From a virus (Duplodnaviria; Caudoviricetes), in the IMG/VR virus record IMGVR_UViG_3300021387_000109, positions 12,008-76,007 of that record: a stretch of 64,000 bases of DNA; one strand, given 5' to 3'. This document shows positions 32,999 through 42,718 of this stretch, piece after piece. How positions within the stretch are numbered: the stretch's first letter is position 1; each line of letters starts with the position of its first letter. Both the position numbers and the translations under genes were made by a program. Under the pieces are notes generated by a model. The model was not told where the DNA came from, made no database searches, and saw only the letters and a program-made list of their open reading frames with translations.

Positions 32999-33358
32999 AT
33001 GACTAAGACTATTGAACTTACACAAGAAGAATTTGATCTTCTAGTCTATCTTTTAGATAAAGGTATTGATTGGGCAGAAACTAATCAAGATAAGATAGCA
33101 GGTATTGCTCTTAGCACTAAACTTGAAGCTCAGTCAAATGATTGGAAGACACGTTTTGAACTTGAGTATAGACAATTAAAGAAACGTACTCTAAAACTTA
33201 ATGATGTGCTTACCAAATGGGATAGTAAAGGAATACCTCCTGGTATTACTAAATGTCCCAAGAGTCTCTATGAGTGGCAGTATCAGAGTATGCTTCAATA
33301 CTTAGGTGCTCTAGAAGCAAGAGCAACAATTTTAGGAATTAATTTACATAAGGATTAA
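32999..33358 (+). CDS. Conserved phage protein (DWKTRF..EY.QL..R..KL family)
   Basis: SNDWKTRFELEYRQLKKRTLKL...CPKSL...QYQSM.QYL..LEARA; AAGGA SD before ATG 32999. Confidence 0.7.
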   Translation: MTKTIELTQEEFDLLVYLLDKGIDWAETNQDKIAGIALSTKLEAQSNDWKTRFELEYRQLKKRTLKLNDVLTKWDSKGIPPGITKCPKSLYEWQYQSMLQYLGALEARATILGINLHKD

Positions 33359-33360
33359 AC

Positions 33361-33633
33361 ATGAAGAGAATTTTTAATGAACTGGTTCTTGACAGACATT
33401 CTGGAACTGTAGAAATCAGTTCTTATGTTTCTGATGAAGATGCAAGAGAACGTAGAGGAGAAGTTCGTATTGAACAGGAAATTAATGGACATCATATCTC
33501 CTTGGATCTTCTTCCTGAAGAAGCAAATGCTTTATCTGCTGCTATCTTTCAAGCCACTTATCATATTGATAGGGAATTGACATATAAGTATGAGCAAGAA
33601 GTATCTACTCCGGTTAAGCAGGACGGAGCTTGA
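33361..33633 (+). CDS. Hypothetical protein (90 aa)
   Basis: AAGGA SD. Confidence 0.7.
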   Translation: MKRIFNELVLDRHSGTVEISSYVSDEDARERRGEVRIEQEINGHHISLDLLPEEANALSAAIFQATYHIDRELTYKYEQEVSTPVKQDGA

Positions 33634-33823
33634 ACTTATTCAAGAAGTCCTAAGAACTAATGCAGATTACATAAAGATACTTTATGGTTTATATCTGCGC
33701 TCAGGATGCTTAGAGACAGAAAAAGAAACTGTTGATAAGTCTCTTACCATCTGCAACAAAATAGATAAAGTATTGGATGTTGCAAATGACAAAGCACAAC
33801 CAAAATCTACAAAAGATTCTTGA
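33590..33823 (+). CDS. Hypothetical protein (77 aa)
   Basis: ORF track, packed. Confidence 0.55.
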   Translation: MSKKYLLRLSRTELELIQEVLRTNADYIKILYGLYLRSGCLETEKETVDKSLTICNKIDKVLDVANDKAQPKSTKDS

Positions 33824-34016
33824 ACCATTCAAACTTTATCAGTTTGATGTAAAAGAATTACTTGACTTCTTTATCTTTCTTGAAGCCCATATGGATTACA
33901 TAGAAAGTGCAATCTATACATCTAGAACAAGTGAAGCAGCAGAAACTGCTAGAACAATTGAAAAGATTGCTAAAGATGGTATAGATTTATGTGAAGAATT
34001 AATGAGGAGTAGATAA
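33786..34016 (+). CDS. Hypothetical protein
   Basis: ORF track, packed; start set to ATG 33786. Confidence 0.55.
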   Translation: MTKHNQNLQKILEPFKLYQFDVKELLDFFIFLEAHMDYIESAIYTSRTSEAAETARTIEKIAKDGIDLCEELMRSR

Positions 34017-34336
34017 TGAAGGAAGATGATTTTAGATACCTCCTTGAAAAGAAGATATGTGAAGTACTAGAACCCCTCAAGTTTAGTATTGAGAAGTGTG
34101 TTCCAGGAGAATTTGAAGCACATTTTATTGGTCCTAATAGAACCATGCGATTGACTGTGAATACAGTTAATCATGTTACATTACTCTGGTATGAAGATGC
34201 TGGAGAAATTAGGATCAAATATCCAGCAAATGAAACTGGTAGATATGAACAAAAAATGTTTTTACAGGATATTTGTAAACAACAGAGTTTCGATAACAAT
34301 GACTATATCTCCTGTATTTTTAGAGGGGGAGATTAA
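34016..34336 (+). CDS. Hypothetical protein (106 aa)
   Basis: GAGGAG SD, TAATG coupling. Confidence 0.7.
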   Translation: MKEDDFRYLLEKKICEVLEPLKFSIEKCVPGEFEAHFIGPNRTMRLTVNTVNHVTLLWYEDAGEIRIKYPANETGRYEQKMFLQDICKQQSFDNNDYISCIFRGGD

Positions 34337-34338
34337 TA

Positions 34339-34719
34339 ATGTCTGAATGGACTTTATACCTAATTATTATTGTTCATAACCTAGATTCTATTCTAGGTAT
34401 TCTGCTTTGTTTATTCCTCTGTGTAGTAACTGTATGTGCTGCATTTGGAATTACTGGATATGTCATGTGTGATGAATATGAATCATCCAGATTTAAAAGC
34501 AAAATGCAATTCTTTAAAAAGATTTTAATGCATCCTCTTACAGTAGGATTTTTAATTCTCTCTCTTCTCTCTTCAATTCTGGTTCCTTCTTACAAAGAGA
34601 TTGTTGCTATTTACATTATTCCTAAGGTAATTAATGCACAGATGACCCAGAAACTTCCAGAGACAATCAATCTCTTCCTAAACAAATATATTAAGGAAAT
34701 GTCCAATGAGAAGCACTAA
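34339..34719 (+). CDS. Membrane protein with two hydrophobic segments
   Basis: ILGILLCLFLCVVTVCAAFGITG and LTVGFLILSLLSSILVPS; .IYIIPK motif. Confidence 0.7.
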   Translation: MSEWTLYLIIIVHNLDSILGILLCLFLCVVTVCAAFGITGYVMCDEYESSRFKSKMQFFKKILMHPLTVGFLILSLLSSILVPSYKEIVAIYIIPKVINAQMTQKLPETINLFLNKYIKEMSNEKH

Positions 34720-34909
34720 GAAGGAAGTTGGTATCTTTATTGAGGAGCAATTAACAGATCTAAGAAATCTTGTAAAGGATCTTAAGAAACCTGAAGATTT
34801 GATCCATAAGGAAAGAGATCCTCTTCAGGATATTTATGAACACCTTTATAAGATTAAAAAGTCTTTGGATTACTATAAGATTGCTCCTATTACATCCGTA
34901 AACAGTTAA
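34706..34909 (+). CDS. Hypothetical protein (67 aa)
   Basis: AAGGA SD, packed. Confidence 0.6.
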   Translation: MRSTKKEVGIFIEEQLTDLRNLVKDLKKPEDLIHKERDPLQDIYEHLYKIKKSLDYYKIAPITSVNS

Positions 34910-34917
34910 GGAAATAT

Positions 34918-35298
34918 ATGGAAAAGAATACAGATATGGTGAATAGACCACCACACTATAAGAAGCATATTGCTACTCTTGAACCTATTGATGTTCTAGA
35001 GTATCTTACCTTCAATCTTGGCAATGCCTTCAAGTATCTTATTCGAGCCAAGGATAAAGGAAATGAACTTCAGGATTTGAAGAAGTCAGAGTGGTATTTT
35101 CAAAGAGCTACTAGGAGAGGTGAAGTCGATGAATTAAAGCCAAAGACCCTTCTTCTACTAAGTTTATACTTTAAACATCAAAAGCAAGTATTTAAAGTAG
35201 GAGAATATAGATATGATTATTTTGAGCCAGATGCAATAATTGGTAATATGCGTAGATATATTCAATTCCGAATTGAAGAACTTGAGGAAAAAGAATAA
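34918..35298 (+). CDS. DUF3310 family protein (T7 gp1.7-like nucleotide kinase domain)
   Basis: DMVNRPPHY, EPIDV, FNLGNAFKYLIRA..KG..QDLKKSEWY. Confidence 0.85.
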   Translation: MEKNTDMVNRPPHYKKHIATLEPIDVLEYLTFNLGNAFKYLIRAKDKGNELQDLKKSEWYFQRATRRGEVDELKPKTLLLLSLYFKHQKQVFKVGEYRYDYFEPDAIIGNMRRYIQFRIEELEEKE

Positions 35299-35840
35299 TG
35301 GAAGAATTTGTTGAAAAGCGAGTGAAGATGCGTAATAACTTCGGTAGGAAGTTTGAAGTCTGCAAGAAGTATATTTCAGATCATGGTGAAACCAATATTG
35401 TTCTTCCTAGGAGACAAACTCCTCATTCAGCAGGATATGACTTTTATTGTGCAGAAACTGTTAGAATTCCTTCTATTTGGAAACAGGCTATCAAAGCTCT
35501 ATTTCTAAGGAAACCTGTACAACCTACAGTGGTGTTTACTCATGTCAAAGCTAAAATGCGTCCTAACGAGTTTCTTTTACTCGCTAATAGATCGAGCAGT
35601 CCTAGTAGGCTGGGTCTTGTATGTGCTAATGGTGTCGGCATTGTGGATAGGGATTTCTACAATAATCCTGATAACGATGGCGATATTGGTTTCTCCTTTT
35701 ATAATCTTATGCCTTGGGATACAGTACTTCATCCAGGTGACAGGATTGGACAAGGTATTTTCCAAACGTACCTAAAGACAGAAGATGATAGTCCCCTTAT
35801 TAAGTCAAGGTCTGGTGGCTTTGGTTCAACCAATAAGTAA
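35298..35840 (+). CDS. dut: Trimeric dUTPase
   Basis: SAGYDF, RSS, NGVGIVDRDFY, GDRIGQGIF, RSGGFGST. Confidence 0.93.
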   Translation: MEEFVEKRVKMRNNFGRKFEVCKKYISDHGETNIVLPRRQTPHSAGYDFYCAETVRIPSIWKQAIKALFLRKPVQPTVVFTHVKAKMRPNEFLLLANRSSSPSRLGLVCANGVGIVDRDFYNNPDNDGDIGFSFYNLMPWDTVLHPGDRIGQGIFQTYLKTEDDSPLIKSRSGGFGSTNK

Positions 35841-36267
35841 ATACCTTATCTCTGGTTCTATAGGCATAGCAATAGGTCTAGGAATAGCATCCTATTACTA
35901 TAACCTGAAAATGGATAGGATTACTAAAGACTATGTGGCATCCATTGATCAGGCTAGATCCAAAGAGAAGGAATGGATGCAGGTTGCAAATGAAATTGAG
36001 AACGCTTACAAAGATAAACTTACTGCTGTTAATAGGGATCACAACGAACTTGTTAATGGGTTGCGCAAGCAACTCAGTGAGTATTCCCAAAGAGTGTCCT
36101 CAACTTCAACAACCTCCAGCAAGTCTGATGATTCAACCAGAAGAACCGAAGTGGCAGAAAGACTTGGAGATCTTGTTGAATTCTCTTCAAAGTGTTCTAA
36201 GCGAGTTGACCAACTCATTATCCAAGTAAATTCTCTTCAGGAGTTTATTAAGAATGAGCGAAAATAG
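35785..36267 (+). CDS. Inner-membrane spanin (Rz-like); start uncertain
   Basis: N-terminal TM (LISGSIGIAIGLGIASYYY) plus coiled-coil periplasmic domain; contains an embedded lipoprotein gene. Confidence 0.8.
   Translation: MIVPLLSQGLVALVQPISKYLISGSIGIAIGLGIASYYYNLKMDRITKDYVASIDQARSKEKEWMQVANEIENAYKDKLTAVNRDHNELVNGLRKQLSEYSQRVSSTSTTSSKSDDSTRRTEVAERLGDLVEFSSKCSKRVDQLIIQVNSLQEFIKNERK
35990..36229 (+). CDS. Outer-membrane spanin lipoprotein (Rz1-like), fully embedded
   Basis: MKLRTLTKINLLLLIGITTNLLMG-C lipobox, Pro-rich CPQLQQPPASLM. Confidence 0.8.
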   Translation: MKLRTLTKINLLLLIGITTNLLMGCASNSVSIPKECPQLQQPPASLMIQPEEPKWQKDLEILLNSLQSVLSELTNSLSK

Positions 36268-36553
36268 TCTTGTCACCAGATTTCAAAAGTATGACCCAGA
36301 GGACATTAACTTTGTAAATATGGTTTGTCATATCAGAGGAATTGAATCCCCTTTTGTTTTAATGGTTGATCTATATGATGAAGTTCAAGCATTAAGAAGT
36401 AATGGAGATGGCATATCTACTGTTCTAGATATAGGTACAGGAGATCGAGTTGTTGATTCAAAAATAAAGAATCTTCATCAAGAAATTGCTTTAGATTTCC
36501 TTAGACCTACTCTTGGTTCAATAAAGAAGAAATTCTATGATACCTTTGGATGA
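36254..36553 (+). CDS. Paralog array A, member 1 (most diverged)
   Basis: FVNMVCHIRGIESPF matches the array motif loosely; AGGAG SD. Confidence 0.6.
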   Translation: MSENSLVTRFQKYDPEDINFVNMVCHIRGIESPFVLMVDLYDEVQALRSNGDGISTVLDIGTGDRVVDSKIKNLHQEIALDFLRPTLGSIKKKFYDTFG

Positions 36554-36854
36554 AAGCCTACGGGATATCTGTAATATCTGTACTATAGCTGATCTTGATA
36601 ATCCTCTTAAGCAAATTTTAAAAATTGTTGAGGATAGTCTATCTGAATGTAATAGTACTCTAAATGTAACTTTTGGTATAGAACAGAAAGTAAATGATGC
36701 TTGGCTAAACAATCCACTTTATATAGATATGATTAATGAAATTCATTTTGCCCAGCGAAGAATACAGTGTTCTATGGACCCTCTTAAATATTTAAGGGTA
36801 GTTTTATTAGATGCTCTCTCAGAACGAAAAATCAGTTCAGACTCCTCTAGATAA
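36537..36854 (+). CDS. Paralog array A, member 2
   Basis: ICNICTIADLDNPL. Confidence 0.6.
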   Translation: MIPLDESLRDICNICTIADLDNPLKQILKIVEDSLSECNSTLNVTFGIEQKVNDAWLNNPLYIDMINEIHFAQRRIQCSMDPLKYLRVVLLDALSERKISSDSSR

Positions 36855-37116
36855 CTTAAAAGAGTTCTGTAAAACCTATCAATTAGAAGACCCTTCCCAA
36901 GAATTTGAGAAGGGTTTTTTAGATCTTATTGAAAGTTTTGGACAACAATTGGAATTTTTTGCAGGCAGTATCTGGTATGTTAAAAATTGCTGTCCAAGAT
37001 TCATATTGGATACTATCAGTATACCTACTGAAAGAAAACTAACTGAATTTAAGACAGCCTATGCTGAAGCACGACATAAGTTTCTTACAGATCCAAAAGA
37101 TAACTCAGTTCTGTGA
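36811..37116 (+). CDS. Paralog array A, member 3
   Basis: LKEFCKTYQLEDPS. Confidence 0.65.
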   Translation: MLSQNEKSVQTPLDNLKEFCKTYQLEDPSQEFEKGFLDLIESFGQQLEFFAGSIWYVKNCCPRFILDTISIPTERKLTEFKTAYAEARHKFLTDPKDNSVL

Positions 37117-37390
37117 GTTATATAACTTGGAAAATCCTCTGATTCCTGTAATGGAAGAATTTGAATGGATACTAACATATTTACATGACTGTATCTCTTC
37201 ACATACTAGATATTTAAAAAATTGTGAACGAATTCTAGAGCAAGTATGTCCAGATGAAATAAGAATAAGAAATGATATATCAAAGCGATATCAAGATGCT
37301 TTAAATAAATATTCAGCATTTTATTGGCATGATGGTTTCTACTCAACAGTACATTTAGCTATGACTAATAAAGGAGAAAATAATGAGTAA
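37061..37390 (+). CDS. Paralog array A, member 4
   Basis: ITQFCELYNLENPL. Confidence 0.65.
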   Translation: MLKHDISFLQIQKITQFCELYNLENPLIPVMEEFEWILTYLHDCISSHTRYLKNCERILEQVCPDEIRIRNDISKRYQDALNKYSAFYWHDGFYSTVHLAMTNKGENNE

Positions 37391-37892
37391 TCCATCTTAT
37401 CCACTAGGAACAGTCGTATATAACATGAGTAAACCATATTATTCAGAAGAAATAATTCAGACATGTTTGGATCGTACCAAGGGTACATCTGGATTTAGCA
37501 ATACTTTATATGAAGCCTGTTTTAATTGTGATGAAGAAACTTTTAAGAATCTTCAAAACATTGTTCAAAAGGAAAAACGGAAGATACTAGAATTCTGTAC
37601 TTTATATGAACTTACTCCTCCAACTCAAATCTTTGAAATATATCAGTATTTTCTTGAAAGAACCCTTGCAGTTCTAGAAAGTCTTCAAAGTGATTATGAC
37701 TATCTAAAGGAAAGAGTTCAAGAACTTGATTCTGTTCTTGATTATGACTATGAAGATGTTCGTAGTGATAATTCTATTGATGACATCTTTAGAGCCATTA
37801 AGCAGAATGATGTAACAGAAGATTATGAACGTGAACTTAAGCGTCTATCAAAAACTCTAGAATGTCTATTTCCCTATGAGGATGAGAAATGA
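37383..37892 (+). CDS. Paralog array A, member 5
   Basis: ILEFCTLYELTPPT; AAAGGAG SD. Confidence 0.75.
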   Translation: MSNPSYPLGTVVYNMSKPYYSEEIIQTCLDRTKGTSGFSNTLYEACFNCDEETFKNLQNIVQKEKRKILEFCTLYELTPPTQIFEIYQYFLERTLAVLESLQSDYDYLKERVQELDSVLDYDYEDVRSDNSIDDIFRAIKQNDVTEDYERELKRLSKTLECLFPYEDEK

Positions 37893-38257
37893 TTGCAGAT
37901 ACGATAGATCCAAAGGAATTAAGAGAACAATATAAGAAGGTCAAAGAATTTTGTACTTTGTATGAAATAAAAGATCCATTTCTAGAATTCTATGATTCCT
38001 ACTTTAGTGAGTTTCTTAATGAGGTCGATAATCTTTTAAATATTGTAGATGAGATTAATGAAACTGGAAAAGTTCTTTCTGAAAAACTGCCTGATGACAG
38101 TATTGCAATTGAAAAACCTCTCATTGAAAGAGTTTACTCTACTCATAACAATGTACTCTTCAAGGCTCTTATTTCTCAATCAGAAATATTGCTAGAGGAA
38201 TCTAAAACAAAGTTACAGGAATACGATAAAGTCCTTAGACAAGTATTTAAAGTATAA
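37889..38257 (+). CDS. Paralog array A, member 6
   Basis: VKEFCTLYEIKDPF; GAGG SD. Confidence 0.75.
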   Translation: MIADTIDPKELREQYKKVKEFCTLYEIKDPFLEFYDSYFSEFLNEVDNLLNIVDEINETGKVLSEKLPDDSIAIEKPLIERVYSTHNNVLFKALISQSEILLEESKTKLQEYDKVLRQVFKV

Positions 38258-38258
38258 A

Positions 38259-39518
38259 ATGAATCTAACAAATGAACAACAGAAGGCAGTTGATGCCTTT
38301 TTCTCCTTCCTACTCTCGGAAGATAAGAATTTTTACCTCTTCGGGAGTGCAGGAACAGGTAAAAGTTTTTTAATCAAGTATTTCCTGGATTCTGTACTCG
38401 AACAATATAGACAAACTAATCAACTTTATAGTCTGAATGATCCATTGGATCATGTCGTTGTGTCTGCACCTACTCATAAGGCTGTAGAAGCTTTACATGA
38501 CAAGACTAATAAAGAGGTTATTACAACCTTTGAAGCTATTCAGGTTAGAGTAAAGACTTCTGGAAGAAAGGTTGAGTACATTCCTTATGGACCAATGCCA
38601 AGCACTGACATTCTCTTTATTGATGAATGTTCTTTTCTACCTGAAGATCTACTTCCTTTTATCAATGCTTGTGCAAAGAAGGTTGTCTATATTGGAGATC
38701 CTTATCAATTGATTCCTGAAAAGGGTATCAACTGGCTCAAATATACTTCTAAAGCAAGTATTCTTACTGAAGTCAAGAGAACTGGTAATCAGGATATTAT
38801 GGATATGAGCAATTATCTAAGAAATCTCTTGATTTCTGGATCAAAGAATAAGATTGATGTTACTCTAGATTCTGATTGCATTCATATTTTGAATGATGAT
38901 CAAATGATCAAAAATCTAGATGATACTTTCAAGACTTCAGATACAAATGGTAAGGTTCTTTGCTTTACCAATGAATGTGTATTGAATTATCTAAAGTATA
39001 TTCAATCTACAGTCAGGAAAGAATTTCGGGATAGAGTTCCAAAGAATACTTATATTAATAATGCATTTACAGAAATTAGTCAGAATAGAAAATTCTATCC
39101 TGAAACTCCTATTAAGCTAATTAAGTTTATAGAGGATAGAAACTTTAGAGGTATTGATTATGAAGTATGGAATTGTGAAGTCTATGGAAGAATTCACACT
39201 CTTCCTGTAGTTAAGAATGCAAATGAACTGAAACTTGCTCTTAGAAAGTATTGGGATAATACAGATGTCTATGATACCTTGAAGAAAGGTTTTGTTGATC
39301 TTAGACAGCCTTGGGCAAGTACCATTCATAAATCTCAAGGAAGTTCTTATGACACAGTATTTATTGACCTGAATTCTTTCAAGGTCTGTAAAGATTTGGA
39401 AACTGCCATCAGACTTCTCTATGTGGCTGTGTCAAGAGCAGTTGATAAAGTTTATCTTTATGGCTCACTTCCGAAACGATTTGGGAGTATCAAAGATGCG
39501 AATGCTTTGTCAATTTGA
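38259..39518 (+). CDS. Superfamily 1 (Dda/RecD-like) DNA helicase
   Basis: GSAGTGKS, APTHKAV, FIDECS, GDPYQL, LTEVKR, ASTIHKSQGSSYD, LYVAVSRA. Confidence 0.93.
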   Translation: MNLTNEQQKAVDAFFSFLLSEDKNFYLFGSAGTGKSFLIKYFLDSVLEQYRQTNQLYSLNDPLDHVVVSAPTHKAVEALHDKTNKEVITTFEAIQVRVKTSGRKVEYIPYGPMPSTDILFIDECSFLPEDLLPFINACAKKVVYIGDPYQLIPEKGINWLKYTSKASILTEVKRTGNQDIMDMSNYLRNLLISGSKNKIDVTLDSDCIHILNDDQMIKNLDDTFKTSDTNGKVLCFTNECVLNYLKYIQSTVRKEFRDRVPKNTYINNAFTEISQNRKFYPETPIKLIKFIEDRNFRGIDYEVWNCEVYGRIHTLPVVKNANELKLALRKYWDNTDVYDTLKKGFVDLRQPWASTIHKSQGSSYDTVFIDLNSFKVCKDLETAIRLLYVAVSRAVDKVYLYGSLPKRFGSIKDANALSI

Positions 39519-40053
39519 TGTAGATGTAGGAATCAAAACCCACAAAGTAACTAAGCAAATCTTTAAAGGTGCTGCTTTTATTTATTATGATACCTTGGTT
39601 CATACATTGGAACAGATTTCAAAAGATCCAGTACCTTATTGTGCAAGATTCAGAGGACAGGTCTTCATTGACCCAGAAGCATATGTAAATTTTTATGATT
39701 TATCACATCCTGTAATAATCACAGAAGAGTCTCCTACATATGATCTGTTTGTACAACTCAGAGACAATCTTAATGTCCTGCGTACAGATGTCCGTTTGAT
39801 TAATCAGTATATCATTACTTTAGAATTAGCCTATGGTAAGGATAGACAAAAACTAAGAAATGCCATTCCTGACATTCTTACCAGATTCTTTAATCTAGAA
39901 GATATTCCTAGAACTGCTCAAGGTAATTATTCTGATAAGTTTTCTCCGAACATCAAGAAGATGATAGAAGATAGACTGGACTATTATTGCAGTCTAAGTG
40001 TGTTTATGGAAACCAAGTATGGACAAGTCTTCGATTCTAATTTTGACAACTGA
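39496..40053 (+). CDS. Conserved N4-like protein upstream of DNA polymerase
   Basis: RNAIPDIL...L..IPRT pattern and position between helicase and polymerase; GGAG SD before ATG 39496. Confidence 0.6.
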   Translation: MRMLCQFDVDVGIKTHKVTKQIFKGAAFIYYDTLVHTLEQISKDPVPYCARFRGQVFIDPEAYVNFYDLSHPVIITEESPTYDLFVQLRDNLNVLRTDVRLINQYIITLELAYGKDRQKLRNAIPDILTRFFNLEDIPRTAQGNYSDKFSPNIKKMIEDRLDYYCSLSVFMETKYGQVFDSNFDN

Positions 40054-41977
40054 GAATAGAGCAGACAAGATCAAGAAGGAATACATTGACAAAATCCATT
40101 TAGATCCAAGCAATATTCAGGTAGGCACTCTTTACGTAGATAAGACAAGGAAGAAAACCAAGACCTCAGACATTAAAGAGTATCTGTCTTCTATCTCTGA
40201 AGAGATCAGTAAGTATGATTATGTACTCATTGCTGATCCAGAATATTTTAAAGTATATTCTGGTTCAAAGAATGCAGTACAGTCTCTAGGTTATCTTATT
40301 CCTGTTGGTTCTCAAAAAGTTGCCTATCTGCCTAACTATAAGGCTATCTTCTATGATCCAGTAAAGACAAGAGCAAATATTGATATTGCAATTAATGCTC
40401 TTAACAAGGATCTGGAAGGTAAATATCAAGATCCAGGTAAGGATATTATTGAATATTCCTGTTATCCAGATACTGTAGAAGATATCCAAGAAGCTCTAGA
40501 AGCCATTAAATTGGCTCCTAAGTTGACTTGTGATATTGAAACTTATTCCTTGCATGTACAGGATGCAGGATTAGCCTCTATTACCTTCTGTTGGAATGAG
40601 CATAAAGGCATAGCCTTCAAGATTGATGATGGAAAAGACAAACCTAACTATATGGTTAGAAAGTTTCTTAAAGACTTTTTTATGTCTTATCGAGGAACTC
40701 TGATATTCCATAACATCTCTTTTGATGCAACTATCCTTATTTATAATCTCTTTATGGAGGATATTGAGGATGTTCAACATCTTCTCTTGGGTCTTCGGAC
40801 TCTTCTTTGGAACTTTGAAGACACTAAGCTTATTGCTTATCTTGCTACTAATTCTTGTTCTGGTAATGAACTAGGTTTGAAAGCACTCTCTAGAGAGTTT
40901 GCTGGAAACTATGCTCAGGAAGATATTGATGATGTAACTAAGATTCCTCTAGATCAATTGCTTCAATATAACCTTACTGACGGATTGGCTACTTGGTATG
41001 TCTATAACAAGTACTATCCCAAGATGGTTAATGATGATCAATTAGAGATTTATGAAGAACTCTTCAAGCCTGCTGTAGTTGACATTGTTCAGATGCAACT
41101 GACAGGCATTCCTATGGATATGAACAGAGTTCTTGAAGTAGAACAGATACTTCTAAATGATCAGAATGCAGCACTTGAGACAATCAAGAACAATAAGTAT
41201 GTACAACAGTATGTCAACATCCTGAATGAAAGATGGGTTACCCAAAAGAATAACAAATTAAAGACCAAAAGAGTTACTATAGAGGATGCTCATGAAGAAT
41301 TCAATCCTAGAAGTCCTCTACATCTGAAAGGTCTTTTATATGATTTTTTGGAGTTACCTATACTCGCTAAAACAGCAACCTGTCAACCTAGCACGGATGG
41401 AGATACTATTACTGCTCTACGTAATCATACGACTGATCCAGATGTGCTATCTGTACTACAAGGGCTTTTAGATTATTCTGCTGTTGATAAGATCTTGACT
41501 GCCTTCATACCTGCATTTAAACGAGCTATAAAGGCCCGTAGTGGCCATCATTACCTCTTGGGAGGGTTCAACCTTGGTGGTACTGTTAGTGGTCGTCTAA
41601 GCAGTTCTAAGCCGAATTTACAGCAATTGCCCTCTACAGGCTCAAAGTATGCTAAGGTTATCAAGTCCTGTTTCAAGGCACCTGAAGGATGGTTATTCTG
41701 TGGTCTAGACTTTGCTGCTTTGGAAGATCATATTTCAGCACTAACCACCAAAGACCCCAATAAACTCAAAGTCTATGAACAGTCTTTTGACGGGCATTGT
41801 TTAAGAGCATTCTCCTATTTTGGAGATCAGATGCCTGACATTACTGCTGAGATTGAAGAAGTAAAGAAACCTGGAAAGGTGTACAAAGTGGAACTAGATG
41901 ATGGTTCTATCAAGTATTTGAATGAAAATAATCCTGAATTAAAGGAGTTGTTAAATGAGAGTAACAAAAGCAATTAG
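40019..41977 (+). CDS. Family A DNA polymerase, N-terminal part (UDG-like N-term, 3'-5' exonuclease, thumb, motif A)
   Basis: TCDIET, FHNISFD, YNLTDGLAT, GGTVSGRLSSSKPNLQQLP, GLDFAALED, DGHCLRA; ends before motif B. Confidence 0.93.
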   Translation: MDKSSILILTTENRADKIKKEYIDKIHLDPSNIQVGTLYVDKTRKKTKTSDIKEYLSSISEEISKYDYVLIADPEYFKVYSGSKNAVQSLGYLIPVGSQKVAYLPNYKAIFYDPVKTRANIDIAINALNKDLEGKYQDPGKDIIEYSCYPDTVEDIQEALEAIKLAPKLTCDIETYSLHVQDAGLASITFCWNEHKGIAFKIDDGKDKPNYMVRKFLKDFFMSYRGTLIFHNISFDATILIYNLFMEDIEDVQHLLLGLRTLLWNFEDTKLIAYLATNSCSGNELGLKALSREFAGNYAQEDIDDVTKIPLDQLLQYNLTDGLATWYVYNKYYPKMVNDDQLEIYEELFKPAVVDIVQMQLTGIPMDMNRVLEVEQILLNDQNAALETIKNNKYVQQYVNILNERWVTQKNNKLKTKRVTIEDAHEEFNPRSPLHLKGLLYDFLELPILAKTATCQPSTDGDTITALRNHTTDPDVLSVLQGLLDYSAVDKILTAFIPAFKRAIKARSGHHYLLGGFNLGGTVSGRLSSSKPNLQQLPSTGSKYAKVIKSCFKAPEGWLFCGLDFAALEDHISALTTKDPNKLKVYEQSFDGHCLRAFSYFGDQMPDITAEIEEVKKPGKVYKVELDDGSIKYLNENNPELKELLNESNKSN

Positions 41978-42407
41978 AGAATATATTGAAGATCAAGTCA
42001 GGCTGAAGACCAAGTCTCAGTTGGAAGAAATTGAGACTCAGATCAAGAAGTGGGATGATGATCTTGAAGTTCAAAAGAATAAGTTTAAGGCATTAGGAAA
42101 TAAGGAAATTATCAAGTTTGTTACGGCCTTATATCCTAAGCTTCAAAAAGTCACTCCTAAGGATACTACTTTTCATCTATCTCTCTGGAGTCGACAAGGT
42201 GAAGCCTTAGAAGATTTTATTGGAGGCTTTACTGACTTCTTTGAAGATAAGATTCGTTTTAAATATACGAATCCATATACAGAGAAGAAGCAGAAGTTTA
42301 TTAATCTGCGTGAACAGAAGATTACTGAAATCATTCTCCAACTGGAACTTGGAGCCAAGAGAGAAGAACTTCAGGAAATGCTTTCCAATATTATTATTGA
42401 AGTTTAA
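41955..42407 (+). CDS. Hypothetical protein (150 aa) inside the polymerase gap
   Basis: AAGGAG SD within the last polymerase codons. Confidence 0.75.
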   Translation: MRVTKAIREYIEDQVRLKTKSQLEEIETQIKKWDDDLEVQKNKFKALGNKEIIKFVTALYPKLQKVTPKDTTFHLSLWSRQGEALEDFIGGFTDFFEDKIRFKYTNPYTEKKQKFINLREQKITEIILQLELGAKREELQEMLSNIIIEV

Positions 42408-42409
42408 TC

Positions 42410-42718
42410 TTGAAAGTACTAACTTTTGAAGACAAAACCTCTAAAAGATCCTTTCCTTTCTCCAGTTCAACAATAACAAAGATCAGAAAAGAGTTTCCTC
42501 ATATTGAAGAAGATGAACTCTTTAAGAAACTGGTTGATGTTGTTGTTAAATGCAGATGGGAAAGGACTGATTCCTTCTGGTGGAAGACACCTACAAGTGG
42601 GCATGTTAGAGGTAAGAGCGGTTATCTAAAAACAGGTTTATCGAAGGTTTACATTGAAAATACAAGAGATAGACCCAAAACTAGCCGAAGTAGAAATCAT
42701 CAACAGCATCAAAAGTAG
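42410..42718 (+). CDS. Possible hypothetical protein inside the polymerase gap
   Basis: TTG start, no clear SD; 3' end overlaps polymerase part 2. Confidence 0.4.
   Translation: MKVLTFEDKTSKRSFPFSSSTITKIRKEFPHIEEDELFKKLVDVVVKCRWERTDSFWWKTPTSGHVRGKSGYLKTGLSKVYIENTRDRPKTSRSRNHQQHQK

Noticed and set aside
33349-33372. Start region of gene 33361 (TAAGGATTAAAC-ATGAAGAGAATT) as target of the 49208-49246 loop
   Set aside because: The two matching blocks occur in swapped order and with mismatches; kept only as a weak lead
41843-42671. Group I intron, intein or T4 gene 60-type ribosomal bypass in the DNA polymerase gap
   Set aside because: The gap is filled with ordinary coding sequence, has no intein C/HN motifs or P7-like core, and no stop follows a matched take-off codon; the GAGATnGA similarity at both edges is too short to trust
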